A stretch of DNA of 64,000 nucleotides from NCBI GenBank assembly GCA_012295275.1, contig CM022674.1, positions 13,826,001 to 13,890,000 of the forward strand, in the 5' to 3' direction. Numbering within the stretch: position 1 is the stretch's first letter; every line of letters begins with the position of its first letter. Source of the stretch: Chrysomallon squamiferum. Its lineage: Eukaryota > Animalia > Mollusca. The notes beneath the pieces were generated by a model. It was not told the DNA's origin. It ran no database searches and saw nothing but the letters and a program-made list of their open reading frames with translations. A program made the position numbers and the translations under genes. This document shows, piece by piece, positions 26,903-40,800 of the stretch.

Positions 26903-27299
26903 TCCGTTACCCTCATGAGCATGAGATCTGGCGATGTCAGATTTTGTGCCCATGAGGGCCGTGTTTGATTCATCAAGGGAGTCGAACACGTAAGTATAGC
27001 CTTCTCTGGTTATACTACTGTAGGCATATTAGACAAGTAATATTTACAGGACGTCCGTAATAACGCAAGCTTGCAATCATATAAAACAAAAAAATAAAAT
27101 ATTCCTTGTCATTCTGCCTACAGATTATTCCTTCACCGATGGCTACTTTTTACACCATTTGGGGAAAAGCACTGTACCTTGAAAACAGCGACAATGAGTC
27201 ACCTGGTGAGTGATGATACCCCCACCTTAGAGTGGTTAATACAGATCCATTTCAAAAATGAGTTCTGGGGGACTGTTTACCAAAGGTACAGCAACATAT
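26903..27299 (+). ncRNA. Putative structured non-coding RNA (unidentified family; possible snoRNA host or H/ACA-type RNA)
   Basis: Four abutting hairpins (26910-26958, 26960-26990, 26993-27016, 27018-27049) with 8 G-U wobbles on the + strand, directly behind a TATA promoter; a downstream long stem 27172-27291 flanked by ANANNA and ACA; no long ORF. Confidence 0.55.
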
Positions 27300-27890
27300 A
27301 GGAAACTATTTATGTAAGGAAATGTAATTATTAAAAACAAAAACTATAATAATAGTAACAAAAACAGTAATAAATAAATTAAATAAATAAATAAATATTT
27401 TTTATATATATATATAAAGCCAAACAACAACAGTAATAAATAAATAAAGATTATATATATAAAGCCAAACAAGAAACCATTGAATAATTTTATTTATTTT
27501 CGAAAAGCTAAGGTTTTCGTAACGTCTGCTTTCAAACTGATAGGCCATTCTGATGACGTCAGTGAAACATCTAAATGACGTCACTAAATATGTAATCGAG
27601 AAATTAAACGTGGAGTAATATAGGCAAGATATTATAAAGAACAAAATAATTTGCGAAGGACATCCACTGTGTAGTTTTTTTTATGAAAGTAGATGTTCAT
27701 GTGATAAAGAAAAAAGAAAGACCTCTTGATCGCGACTTTATTATCAATCGTTTATATACAGTATAAATATATATCTATTGATACATTTTTTAAAATAATT
27801 TTTACCTTTACAAATAAAAATAACTTACGTTTTGATAAAAGCCAATATGCTTGTACTGTTATATTTAAATTATATATTTTTGCCTTTACA

Positions 27891-27938
<48 letters not shown>

Positions 27939-29028
27939 TTAAAATACTTCCAATAATACTTCAAAATTAAAGTAAATAAAGATTTTATTTATATTATATC
28001 TTCGTCTTTATTTTATAACACATTTTACAATAAAACAGCAGGATGATCACAAATTAAATATAGGTACAACTGGATTGTTTAGAATATCCGAGTTAGTCAT
28101 CAAAATAAGCATTTACAGAACATTAAATGTTTCTTAAATTAATGATTAAAAAACAAATCAGAAAGAAAAGTTAGCACCCACGAATCTGAAGCAAGTCATA
28201 CAAATATAGCCATTAATACGTATCCTAATGTTATCATGCTTTTAAAAAAATTACAGACATAAAGTTGCTTTTGTTATTACTGTATTTTTTTTAAAATAAA
28301 TCAAATACAACAGAAGCAGATAGATAATAATTACAAAAAATAATGATTAAATAAATAATAACAATAAAATAAAATAAATAATAAAAATAAAAATAAAAAT
28401 AAATAAATAAATACATCTCGATTTTCCCTTACTAAAACAAACACAAAACCACATTTCTCATAAAAATCCACTAAAACAAAAGTGTGCTCTCCTGATTTAA
28501 AAGGTAAATGATAATTTTATTGGACTAATTTAGAAGGTAGGTCACTAATGGGTCAGCATAGTTCTGTGGTTAGATTTCTGACTCATCAAGTGATGGGTAC
28601 ACTTAGCTCAACATCAAGCAATTTCCAATTCCAACCAATGCAGAGAATTTACCAAAGATTACATGAGTCTGTCTGTCTCTCATTTCAAATTTTTAAAATT
28701 ATGTTAAGTGTGAATTATTTATTAATTTATGTTCATTACACCTAAATATTTTCTATAATAAGTACTTTATTTTGGAACAATGACACTGTATAATCTATCA
28801 GTGAAAGTTGATAGTCATTTTAAGTGAATGTGTACTAATAAGCATTATACAATCTAAAATTAATAAAATGTCTGATGTTATATTTAAATAATAAAATAGA
28901 TACAAAAACTGTCACATATATTTATACATATGTATCCGTAGACTGCTGAATTAATAAATAATCACAAACAAACTTTTCAGTAACACTTTAAATCACATAA
29001 ACTTAAGCATGTATGGATATGTGCGTGC

Positions 29029-29060
<32 letters not shown>

Positions 29061-30971
29061 CTGAATTGTTAAGTCAACATGCTAACTACTGCTATTTGAT
29101 TTATCAAACAAACAATAACACATGACAGAAAATATCTGAATATGAACAAACAGAATTATTATGATCAATGAGTGCACTAGTCATTTAATTAAACCGTGGT
29201 GCAGATCTAAATGAATCCGTAAGAGATTAAGCAGAATGTAAGAAAACAATATACATAATCATCATACAAGAAATTCACAACAGAATAAATAAAAGGTATA
29301 ACAAAATTAGAATCATCATTACACTATTTGACACTATGTACAACATTCCAAATATAAAAAAATATTTTTTTACATTTTGCAAAGAAAAATAGAGAATGAG
29401 TTAATGATCCCTGATATTTTTTATTTTTCATATTTTATTACTTAGACAATAAACATCATGGATTTCTTAGAAATTTAAAAAACATAAAAATAAAAAGGAC
29501 AAACAAAAACAAAGCCCCCACAATACTACAGAAGACAAAACACTAATTATATTTCTTTTTTGTTTGTACACATGAATGAAAGAAAAATAAGCAGCAGATG
29601 AAAGAAAGAAAAAGAATATAGTATGTCTGTATATTATTGCTAATACAGTACTGTCATATAACCTTAAAATGAAAGGTCTTTTTTTTTTTTGTTACAAACA
29701 TATACTTTATCACAAGGAACTTTGCAATACATATAAAAAATATCAACAATTTGATCTTGAAAAATGTATCATCAGTATTATAAAAGTAGGATTATTGTTT
29801 CAAAATAAACATTTGATCAATTGTCATCTCAAAGAAATTAAAATAACTGTTCAAATAATAATGCAGACATCAATATAAACTTAACTAAAGTGATACCGCA
29901 AAAAAAACCCCCAGAAAACAAAACAATAAAAAAAACAAAATAAACCAACAACAAAATAAAACCCCACTTTGGTCTTCGGTCCGTTTTCATAACAAAAATA
30001 AATAATAATAATAAAAAATAATTTTAAATGTAAAAATATTCTAACCAGGATATAATAGTAAAATACTGGGGCATAAATTTAGCCCAGTAGAAAATATATT
30101 TATTGTTTTTTTATGGCTAACACATTTGCTCATGTAGACAAAATTGCTATAGGAGTTTTAATTCTCTGTTTCAATTATATTGTCAACGACATCGTTAATT
30201 TGGTTTTAAATGTTTTTTTTTTTTTTTTTTTTTTTTATTTTTTTTTTTTTTCCATGCCTGAATTGGTCGAATAATCTAAAATTGTAATGAAAAATACCAT
30301 GGAAATGATATTTCTACTCTATTATTTTTTCAGTTTTAAAAAGAATAACACTGTTAACCTTTTTGTATATACTATTCTAAGTACAGTTTTTCTTCATTTT
30401 TCTTTATAGTAATTAATATTTTAGTTTATCTTTCACTATGTGAGCGATTAAGTAGAAAGCCAAATGAAATTTCAGATATTTTAATCTCATATTATCTTGG
30501 CCATGTTTAAAAAAAATTAAATTGTAATTAGAAAATGATTAATTAGTTCATGTAATTAAGTTATAATGATGAAAGTTATCAAGAGCATGTTAAATGCATG
30601 TAATCCATGATCAAGTGAATAAATGACGTAATTATTAAACAAATCTCAGCAAAAAATGCAAAGTACAATGTCAAATGTAAATATTCCATATATTTAAAAG
30701 TGTAATAGTCATGAAAAATCCTTTCCCCAACCTGAAATTACACTTTTATAATGACCAAAATATGTATTTTATTAAAATTTCGGTAATAGTAAACCAATTT
30801 CCATAACCATTGTTTTATTTAAAAAAAGAAAAAAGAAGCAAACCCAAAAACAACAACAACATTTATAATGATCCCAAAAACATCGTAAAACTTCAGATCC
30901 CAGTAACGTCAATGGATAAAAAAAAAACAAAAAAACCAAAAAACGCAAAATTCTCTACTCGAAAAAACATC

Positions 30972-31759
30972 CTAAAATTCATCATGGAAATTTCGAATCA
31001 AGTTTACGACTTTGCTGTTTAAAAATATATTCTTATGTTTCATTATTTCATCTTTGGAGAGTTCCCCATCTTGATCATCGTCTATCAATGAAATGAGATT
31101 TCTGGCCTCCATCAGTGCTTGAACTGGGTTCCGAGGATCAATATAGTTCTGAAATCAGAAACAATTATGTTCCTAAAGACTCAAAATACCTTTTTTAAAA
31201 AATAGTAAATAATGAAGGGTCTATATTGTTGTTAACAAAATATAATAATGTTACTCTTAATTATCAATAAACATTAAGACTTGCAGAAATTTTAAAATTA
31301 TAAATTTTTTGTCAACATCTAGAATGTCAAAAAAAAACACCAATAAACTTCACCAAAACCCATCCTGTTTTATTTTGCTGTGTATTCTAATCAGTTGCAT
31401 TAATTTAATTAAGATAGATTTGTATTCCTTTCATATTTTATAATTAGCAAAAAAAATCGGTAACAGAAATGTACTAAAGAATCATGTGTAAGAATAAAAT
31501 ATATATATGAAATGGTTTGTTTTGAGGTAAGTATACTTTAAAAATTACAAATAAAAATAAACAATACTTTTAATTCTTGCACTGTGGCTATACCATCTCC
31601 ATTTCTGTCGATTGACTCTCGAAATTCACGTTCTCGATCAGCCTGCCATTGTTTATCCATTTCCTGAAAATCATGACCTTCGACCTCTCCAGGCGGTAAT
31701 GCCACAAACTCTTCCTCTGTCAAATTCTGGTCTCCATTTTTATCTGCAAATAACCAACA

Positions 31760-31798
<39 letters not shown>

Positions 31799-31993
31799 TT
31801 GTGACAATGAAATGCTTTTCAAAAGATCAGTCTTATTAGAGGTTTTGCAAAAGAACAAATTTGTTGTTATAAATCAAGTTTTCATAAAAATCACCTGTAT
31901 TAAAATATTTTTAAAAACCACAACTACCTCAAACCAGTCTCATACCAAAATATTGCTTAAATATATGCTAATAAAAACTTAAAAGTCTTTTAG

Positions 31994-32030
<37 letters not shown>

Positions 32031-33426
32031 CTCTTCTTTCAATTGAATTTCTTATTAAATATTTTAATTAATAGGACCAAATTTGTTTTCAGTTATCAAA
32101 TTATGAATTTTCTATGCCTGTTCAAAAACAAGAACTACGTTATAGTGCTGAGCAGAGGTTGTGAAAACAGACTGAATCGACATCTTTATATTCACATGCA
32201 CATCATTGAAAATATCCGAATATAAACAAACTCACAAACACACAAACACACACAGAGACAGACAAAAAAACCCCACTAATATCAGACCCAGTGCTTATAT
32301 TTCTGATTTAGAAGTATGTAACAGTCTTTATTTTATATTAATAAAACAAACACTAACCAAGAGTATTCAGAATATTGTACACCATTGAGTTCATCGCCTT
32401 CTCGCTTTGTTCAGGGTGTCTGAACACAAGAAACTCGGATTTGGACAAAGCATTGTCCACTGGATCCACGTCCACATCCGTCCATCGGAATTTGTAATGT
32501 ATAAGTTCATCTTTGTCTTAAAAATAATATAATATTTAAATTAATATTTAAAATTTGTTTTATATTCAATCCTGAAACCAAATTTTCAATTTTAAATTTA
32601 TAAAAAAATTTAATTTAAAAATTATTAATTTGAAATTAAGAAGCTTTATATACTTTTCTATCTTTGCTTTTATAATTAAAAATAACTGTAAAATCAATTT
32701 ATAAAAAATATACACATTTAAAGCATCTTCTTTTTGCAAATAACTGATTAATAACACAAAAAAAAATTCATCAAATTCTGAAATTTTATATAATAACATT
32801 TATAAATAATTTTGATATAAAAATGTATAAACAAAACAAGAAAAAAAAAAACAAAAAAATGTTCAAGGTATTTTAATTAAGACTAACACAAGATTACAAA
32901 ACACTAACCTTCTTGACTTAGCTCGATCTGGTCGTAATCAATAACCTGTTTCTTTGCTTTATCAAGAGGATATCCTTTGGCTAAGAGAAAGTGTGTGTAA
33001 TATACCTTCCATGGAATTGTCCCTGAGAAAAGAAAAGAATAATAAGAAGTAACCTACAAACGGCAGCTGTATATTTAGTATAGCTCTGGTACCATCAAGT
33101 TCTCCTGCAATAGATTCTCCACATTCTCACAAAAAACATCATACTTTTTAAAAATCATTAATTCTTTTTAACTGTTTTTAACTTTAGATTCATTTCAGTG
33201 TTTTAAAAAAAAAAAAAAATATATATATTAATTTTTTTACAATAATAAATAAATAAATAATAAACAAACAAAAAACAAAAAATTCATCACAATTTCATTA
33301 CTGATATAAAGCCCAGCTGAATTTTCAATAATTCTTTAGATTCATTTCAGTGTTCATTGTGAGGTGATAAAATATTAGAAAAATAAGAATAAATTTAAAA
33401 ACTTCTAACAATAACAATAAAAATAA

Positions 33427-33469
<43 letters not shown>

Positions 33470-34826
33470 ACCAACAAACAAAAAAACAAAATAAGATTAA
33501 AACAAAAACAGTCACACAAAAAAAAAACTAGCTTTATTTTTTTTTTTTTTTTTTTACTATATAAATAAATATTTTCATTACTTCAAAATTACATTTGTCA
33601 GTGTTACTGTCTCTAGTCATTTTCTTATTATCATCAGATTTATTTTCTAATTGGTATTATAAGTTTTAACTTTAACAAATTGAAGCAGAATCTCTGCATA
33701 ATATTTAACATCTAACAACTATACAGAAAATTTAAAAGAACATTTTTAAAAATTAATTGTACAAACCATTGGGATCAGGATTCAGATGTTCAAATATTTC
33801 ATCGTTTTCTTTAATCGATTCTGCAAAATGTTCTTCCATCTTTTTAACAATCCAGCTTTCCATTTCTGCCTCTGACAGAAGTCCATCAGAATCTGCATCA
33901 ACTCTAGAAAAAGGAAATTCTTTAAAATTAAAAACTAAATTGTTATTATTATTACTACAAAGATGAGATATCCCATTTATGTCAGACAGACAGTATTAAC
34001 TGAATTGTTAAGTATTATTATTGTCATGATTAATTTTATCATCATCATAATTATTAATACTATTAAGTTTTATTTGATGCTTGTAGACATAACATACAGT
34101 ATTCCACTGAGGCATAAATATGTGAAATATATATTGCAACATGACAGTTTTCTACTCATATTTTACACAAACAAATAATTTTCATAAAATAATTATAAAC
34201 TATTACAATAATTATTACTTTGCAAATATATCCTGAAGTTTCTTTATGGCATTTTCTTCAGTATTGTCTTCAATGGCTTCATGGTTGCCTAGGAACAGCT
34301 CCTTGTGGTATTCTTTATTAAGATGGCCGTCCTGTTCCATCTTGACAGCATCAACATGATCCACAGGCTTCAGTTGGTTGAGAGAAAGTTTTTCATCAGA
34401 GTTCACAGCTTTTTCAATAAACTTTAATTGTGTATCCTCAAGATTTGTTTTAAGTTTCAAAGAACTGTCTTTTCTCACACTTAGATTGTCGTGTTCTATC
34501 TTCTGCAGAAGTTTATCTTTTTGCTGCACATCTACAGTGTCTTTTGGATTACCTTTAGTTAAATCCTGTTTCAAATTACCTTTAGTTAAATCCAGTTTCA
34601 AATTATCTTTACTTAAATCCTGTTTCAAATTATCTTTACTTAAATCCTGTTTCAAATTATCTTTACTTAAATCCTGTTTCAAAGGACCACCCTGCATACT
34701 AAGTCGATCAGCTTTTTTGACCTCTGCTGTGTTTAGTTTTGAGTTTTTGAGAGTTTGAAGGGCAGGTCGTGTCACTGTTTGTTCAAATATTAACAGAAAG
34801 GTGAATGTCGTCAATAGCAACTTCAT
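30972..34826 (-). CDS. SDF4: 45 kDa calcium-binding protein Cab45 (CREC family), 6 exons, ~456 aa, signal peptide, C-terminal HDEF
   Basis: Exons 34826-34219, 33903-33767, 33022-32909, 32516-32358, 31743-31568, 31148-30972 (1371 nt). Signal peptide MKLLLTTFTFLLIF; Cab45 motif PVDHVDAVKMEQDGHLNKEYHKELFLG; EF loops DADSDGLLSEAE, DKNGDQNLTEEE, DRNGDGIATVQE, DDDQDGELSKDE; FRHPE; ends NFHDEF*. Confidence 0.94.
34548..34682 (-). repeat. Coding 27-nt tandem repeat x5 (LKQDLSKDN) in SDF4 exon 1
   Basis: LKQDLSKDN-LKQDLSKDN-LKQDLSKDN-LKLDLTKGN-LKQDLTKGN; + strand unit ATTA(T/C)CTTTA(C/G)TTAAATCC(T/A)GTTTCAA. Confidence 0.92.
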
Positions 34827-36487
34827 GATGTTCTGATGTTTATTAGTTTTGAGATGTGAAGAAGATCTCAGTAATTTGTTCTCCTTAATAACCTGGTTTT
34901 TCTTCTTATTTATAATGGCTAAAAGATCACATCCTTTTCTTTTTTTGGTTTCTTAAAAAAAAATTCAGTAATAATAAATAAAAAATAAATAAAAAAATAA
35001 ATCATTATAATTGGATAATGCCATGTGAAACTATGTTTCATGAGAAAAATTTTTTTTCAGTGATCATCTTATATAAATACTTTTTTAACAGATATTGTCA
35101 GTGACTGTCAAAGATATTATGGCACAAACAACAAAATATTAACCTGATTAAATTATCAGAATCTTTCCACAGATACTTCCTATTATAATAAAATAGATTA
35201 ATAAACTATATAAATAAAATGTAAAAGTGTATTTCATTTAAAATAAACATTAGACATTTCCACAGTATCACAACACAACATCACAACTGCAATGAAAGCA
35301 GTATGTGAATATGACCAACATTTGGGATATTTTAATAATAGTGGGTCTCCCTGTCAAAACAAATTCTGGATGTTTTAATTTAATTTTTGTATCAATACTG
35401 ACAGACATAATTTATATTAATAAAATATTCTTTGTCTTTGTGATATATCAGCCAAGATTTTAAAACTGTCATGGTCACAATTTCTATAACGGTAATGAAC
35501 GGCTAATATTCGCAATTATCAGTTCACAAAAATTTAATTTTTTCTCACAGGGTAACTAATTTAAATTTTATATGACTGTTGAAACGGTGCTTTTTGTATT
35601 GGAATAATAATTTAAAAAATAATAATAACAACAATTTAATTTTTCTCGAAAGTGCCTATAAAAGGCTGTTTACTGCTATAAGGTTCTCACTAAATGCAAA
35701 CACACTGTCAAAATTATGAAACTAATATCTCAGATTCGTGACGATGATATTAATAAACACTTCAATAAAGACTATTTACGATATTGCAGACAACATGATA
35801 TGTAACCATGTAATCATTAAATACAACCAAAAACCATGACTTTATCTAATATTTAATGTCATAGTACCAGTAACGCATAGGTTTATTATGCCATATATGA
35901 TATTGGGTTATATTTGTATAACTGATGATATATCATTGATTCATTATATGATGATCATGGCATATTAAATATTTAAAAAACATTAATTACATCTAAAAAT
36001 CTACAATAAAATATTTATTCCATTCCTTATAAAGAAATATAAATATTTATTTTGCTTAGTCTAAATATAAGTAAGAAAAGAAAGAAATACAAACAATTTG
36101 ATCCAATAATCAAGCAACCGAACAAATCCCCAAGTTTTGCTAAACACGTCAATATCTTTCTCGGTTATCGCCCTTTACTTTATTTTTCGTGTTTAATTCC
36201 TTTTTGTGTGGAGCACCATTATATTTCGCCTTAAAGCAAGTCTACAAATGTTCCAGTAGGTAGATGCTGGTGTGTTAGTTATTTTTGCGAGAGATAAATA
36301 ATAATAATAATAATTAAAAAAATCTATTTCGTGATTATGTTTTATATTAAATGTTAAATTTTACACTGGATTTTCGAAACTGAAAGTATAAGCAAAAGCA
36401 CATACGTATTATTACCCTACACACATACATCTATACATACACGTTTGTTGTGAATTCTTTAGATTTTATTATATAGTTATATATTCC

Positions 36488-36529
<42 letters not shown>

Positions 36530-36635
36530 TAACTACTGATTTTTCGTAATACTTTTTTCAATATGGAACTGGGTTATAAACGACGTTTGAGGTGAAGGTC
36601 ACGGTAAAAGAAAACGATCAGAAGTTGGCGGCAAG

Positions 36636-37028
36636 ATGAGAGACTTATTTCTGACGGTGTCACTTTTACTAATAATCGAACGAAGTGGAGGCATACCTTT
36701 CGATTTAGAAAAACAAAAATTAATGCCAGAAAACAACATGGTATCAGAAATAAATTGGAATGAATACGGAGAAGAAAGTCAAAACAATGAGCAAGATATA
36801 AATATTATTGATGTGGATGTCGATAATTCAGTAAAATTTGTTTTGGATTCACTGAAACCTATTAATCATGTGAAGGCAATCGACAGTGAACAACACAAAG
36901 AACTATTTTTAGGAGAAAGAGAAAAAAGTGACATAGACATTAATACAGAAAACGTCTTAGCGTTATTTCTGCTGTGAATTTGTTTTACTTTTCTTTATCT
37001 TAATATCAGTTGCTGTTGCCTTAACTAA

Positions 37029-37119
<91 letters not shown>

Positions 37120-37302
37120 TTTGTATGTATGCGTGTTTATTTGCGTGTGTTTGCTGCGAATATGTTTACATTTAGATCTAAACAAAACGAGCATGATACA
37201 TTTATCATCAGAAATAAACTATTGGAATTCAACAATAATAAACAGTTATGTACATCTGTTTTATATATTAACTTATTATTATTTATTTATTTATTTATTT
37301 TA

Positions 37303-37357
<55 letters not shown>

Positions 37358-37785
37358 TTTATTACTATTTATTTTGTTTCATTTTATTTTTATTATCATT
37401 AGGTTTTTTTTTTTTTAGAAAAATTTCCATTTAAAAATTAAACATTTTGGCTTGCATTTTAAAATACTTGATTTATTTTCAGATTAGATGTTGATAGCGA
37501 TCTTTTTTTGAGCAAACAGGAGATAGAAACTTGGATAAAAACACAACTCAAGGAGCATTATGATGAAGCTGTCAAAGAAAATGAAGAAATCTTTACACAT
37601 CTAGGGCAGGATGCTAATGGTTTGTATACATAATAATTAGTTTATGTCATTAATGTGACAGTTTTGAAAGATAAACAATTTTTTATTCTTCTTAAATGTA
37701 AATACAGTAAACTATATTAGGTTGCTTTTGTTAGTGATATAATGTAGTACACATACATAAACACAGAAATACAGACATACTGAGA

Positions 37786-37845
<60 letters not shown>

Positions 37846-40800
37846 TTGTTCTAAATTCTCTACAGAGTTTTAGTTAGCATATTGCCAAACATATGATTCA
37901 TATCATTTGAAAACAAATTTACAAATTTAATATATCTCTGAGATATTGTATTTTTGATTTTTAATGTTTTTTAATGACAGCTGCTGTTGCATGGGATACA
38001 TTCTACCTTCATTTGTTGCTGGCTCTAGGCTATCCGCATAGTACAGCATTGGGGCACATAAAGGGTTCTAAAGAAATAAAACTCAGAGACACAGGTGTGA
38101 ATCATTTAAATAAACAATGTCAGAAAACGTTTTATTTAAAATTACAAAGTGTGTGTGTGTGTGTGTGTGCGTGCATGCGTGCGTGTATACATGCATATAT
38201 ATATGTGTGTGTGAGATGTTTGTGTGTATGTGTGTGTGTGATAAACATTTATGGGTATGGGTAATTGTATAAGTAAATATATCAGCATTTATCTTACCTT
38301 TCCCTTATACTTTTTTAACTAGGTCTTTTGAAAGTGCAGTACAGTCCTAAATAATTTTTACAAGAATTTACAAGCTTGCAAAAAAAAATAAAAATAATAA
38401 TAACATAAAAAAAATGTACATATTGAAAGATGAAATCTGATATGGGCTATTCTTTTTCATTTAGCAACAAGACATTTTATTATGAAACCTTCCCATAGAA
38501 AGGAGAATACATACATTAGCTACTGATAAAAAAATCACTTGCATATACAACTGAAACAGAAGCAGATAGCTGAAATGTCTCTGAGATACAGCCCAGTTCT
38601 CAAAGAATACAGAAATAATGTTTCAATAATTTTTTTTACTATTTCAGAGAAAAGTCAGCTGAAATTCTACAGAGATCGTTGGAACCAGGTAGACAAGTTT
38701 CCTACTGATAATGCATTATCTAGGTCAGAGTTGCTTGCCTTTCGGCATCGAGAAATGAATAACATCAGCTTAGATGACACCATTGTGAAAATCATGAATA
38801 AGTTAGGTATGAAATTATTACCAGTTGAATAAAATTATAGTTAAAAATGTATCTTTAACGACATCTTGACACAGGAAAAAACAAACATGAGTTGTATATA
38901 TATGTCTGTGTGTGTATGTATAAATGTGTATGTATATAGCAATGGTGGAAAAACTTTGATGTGAGGCATGTCAATACATTTATATCTTAGTCATTTTTAC
39001 ATTGCCATGTGTCACTTCTAAATTTATATTGTTAAATGGTGTATTACATTATGATTTTAACACACAAGTATATGAATATATATGCTATGTTGTACTACTT
39101 TTAATTCTCTTTTATTAACTTTTAAATTACGTGAACAAAAATATTTGATAATATATTAAATCAATGTCCAAGGTACTCAGTGACGCGCGTGTCACTTAAA
39201 ATGCCCTCGCATGTCACTGATGACACACATGTAATAGATCTGTCACCACTGGTATGTAGATGTATATGTCTGTGTGCAATTATACAGTTCATGTTTATTT
39301 AATGGAGTATATTATTGTTTTATTGTTTGTGCAGATATAAAAAGGTTGTAGAGTTTAGAATTAAGAGGTTAAAAAAACATTATGTTTGTGTTCATTAGTG
39401 ACAGACTTTGTCAGAGAGTATGTTCTGATCAGCAGATTAATTTTTCACTCACTCTCTCTCTCTTGAAGTTAGGATTAAAGTAAGGATTAGGATTAGGTAA
39501 GGATTAGATTTAGAGTTAGGATTAAAATAAGGGTCAGGGTAAGGTAAGTGTTACATTTAGAGTAAAAATAGACTGATGGAAAATGAAGGATCAAGATTAG
39601 GGTTAGAGTCTGAGATTGTTGCAGGATTAATGATAAGTGTAGAAATGGTTAATAAAAAAAATGATTGTTAAAAATATAAATAATGGGTTGTTGTTTTTTT
39701 CAGTCCTTTTTATATATTGTGTAAATTAGAAGAAAAAACGATTTTTATTAGATGTATTTTTCAAATTACATTCTCAAAATAGATATGAATCTATCAGTTA
39801 TCAGATATATTAATTTAAATGTAGAATTCTTTAACAAAAATTCTGAAAAAAACCCTAAAAAAAAAAAAAAGAGTTTATATACTGATTTTCAGATACATTC
39901 TACTTATTACTCCAGTTTGGAAACTAACATTTTGACATCTAGTTGTTAATTATTTATTCAGTCAATTATTAAAATTAATTTTCTGTTTTAAATTTGACAG
40001 ACACAAATGAAGATGGTGTCTTGTCTGAAGAAGAGTTCAGAGAGAGTTATGTAATGGATAATTTCTATCAGTTTGGAATGTTAAATGAAAGTCAGGAATT
40101 TAGAGAATTTCTTGACAGAAACAAAGATGGATCAGCCACTAAGGACGAATTGAAAGTAACTGTATTCTACACTTTGTTTAATATTTGCAACTATTTTCAC
40201 CATGCTTGCTGATTCTGTGGTTAAGATAAGCCCTTGTGACTGGTAGACAAAAGGTTCAAACCTCACTACCAGCTTCTAATCTGAGCTAATTTTTTGCTGT
40301 AGTCTGTATTATTTTTATTTTTTATTTTCGTGTGTGTTATAAAGTGAAATGTAAGACAACTACATCTTCCATCTAATTTTCTAATACAAGTAACCAAAAC
40401 ATTGCCTTCAGTAGAGATAATTTTCTAATTTACTAACATTAACATTGTCTTGAGAGATATTCTATCAGTTAACAGATATCTTCAAATCCTTTTGGGAAAT
40501 TCCAACCTTCATTATCACCAAAATATTAAGGTGATTCAAAATGTACATTTGTTGATTGTGAAGAAATGATCTAAACATATTTTTCATGTAGTCATATATA
40601 TTTCTAGATGTCTTTTGTTTTTACCAACCATTCTTTGCTAATAACAAAGTTAAAAAATTAAAAAATTAGAATTAGAAAACAAAGGAAATTTTAGTTCTTT
40701 TAGTAATGTTTTTAAATTATCTTTTTTTTTTTTTTAAAAAATATATTTATATAGGTTGTTCTGTTTTTTCTATTCAGTGGTTTCTAGATCCACAAAACCT

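Noticed and set aside
27139-27213. Small ORF MATFYTIWGKALYLENSDNESPGE after the 27123 acceptor
   Set aside because: Only 24 codons, no recognisable family and no downstream exon found; cannot be supported without ribosome profiling.
26903-27299. Telomerase RNA, U17/snR30 or 7SK identity for the structured RNA
   Set aside because: No CUAACCCU-type template; AUAUUCCU and ACACCAU resemble U17 m1/m2 but lack the enclosing stem and ACA spacing; GAUCUGGC occurs only once and in a different fold from 7SK.
34378-34758. 126-aa + strand ORF with LLKSCFKLS repeats
   Set aside because: Antisense shadow of SDF4 exon 1 and its 27-nt repeat.
39468-39608. Interstitial telomere or fusion scar
   Set aside because: Too degenerate, short and intronic, with no head-to-head arrangement.
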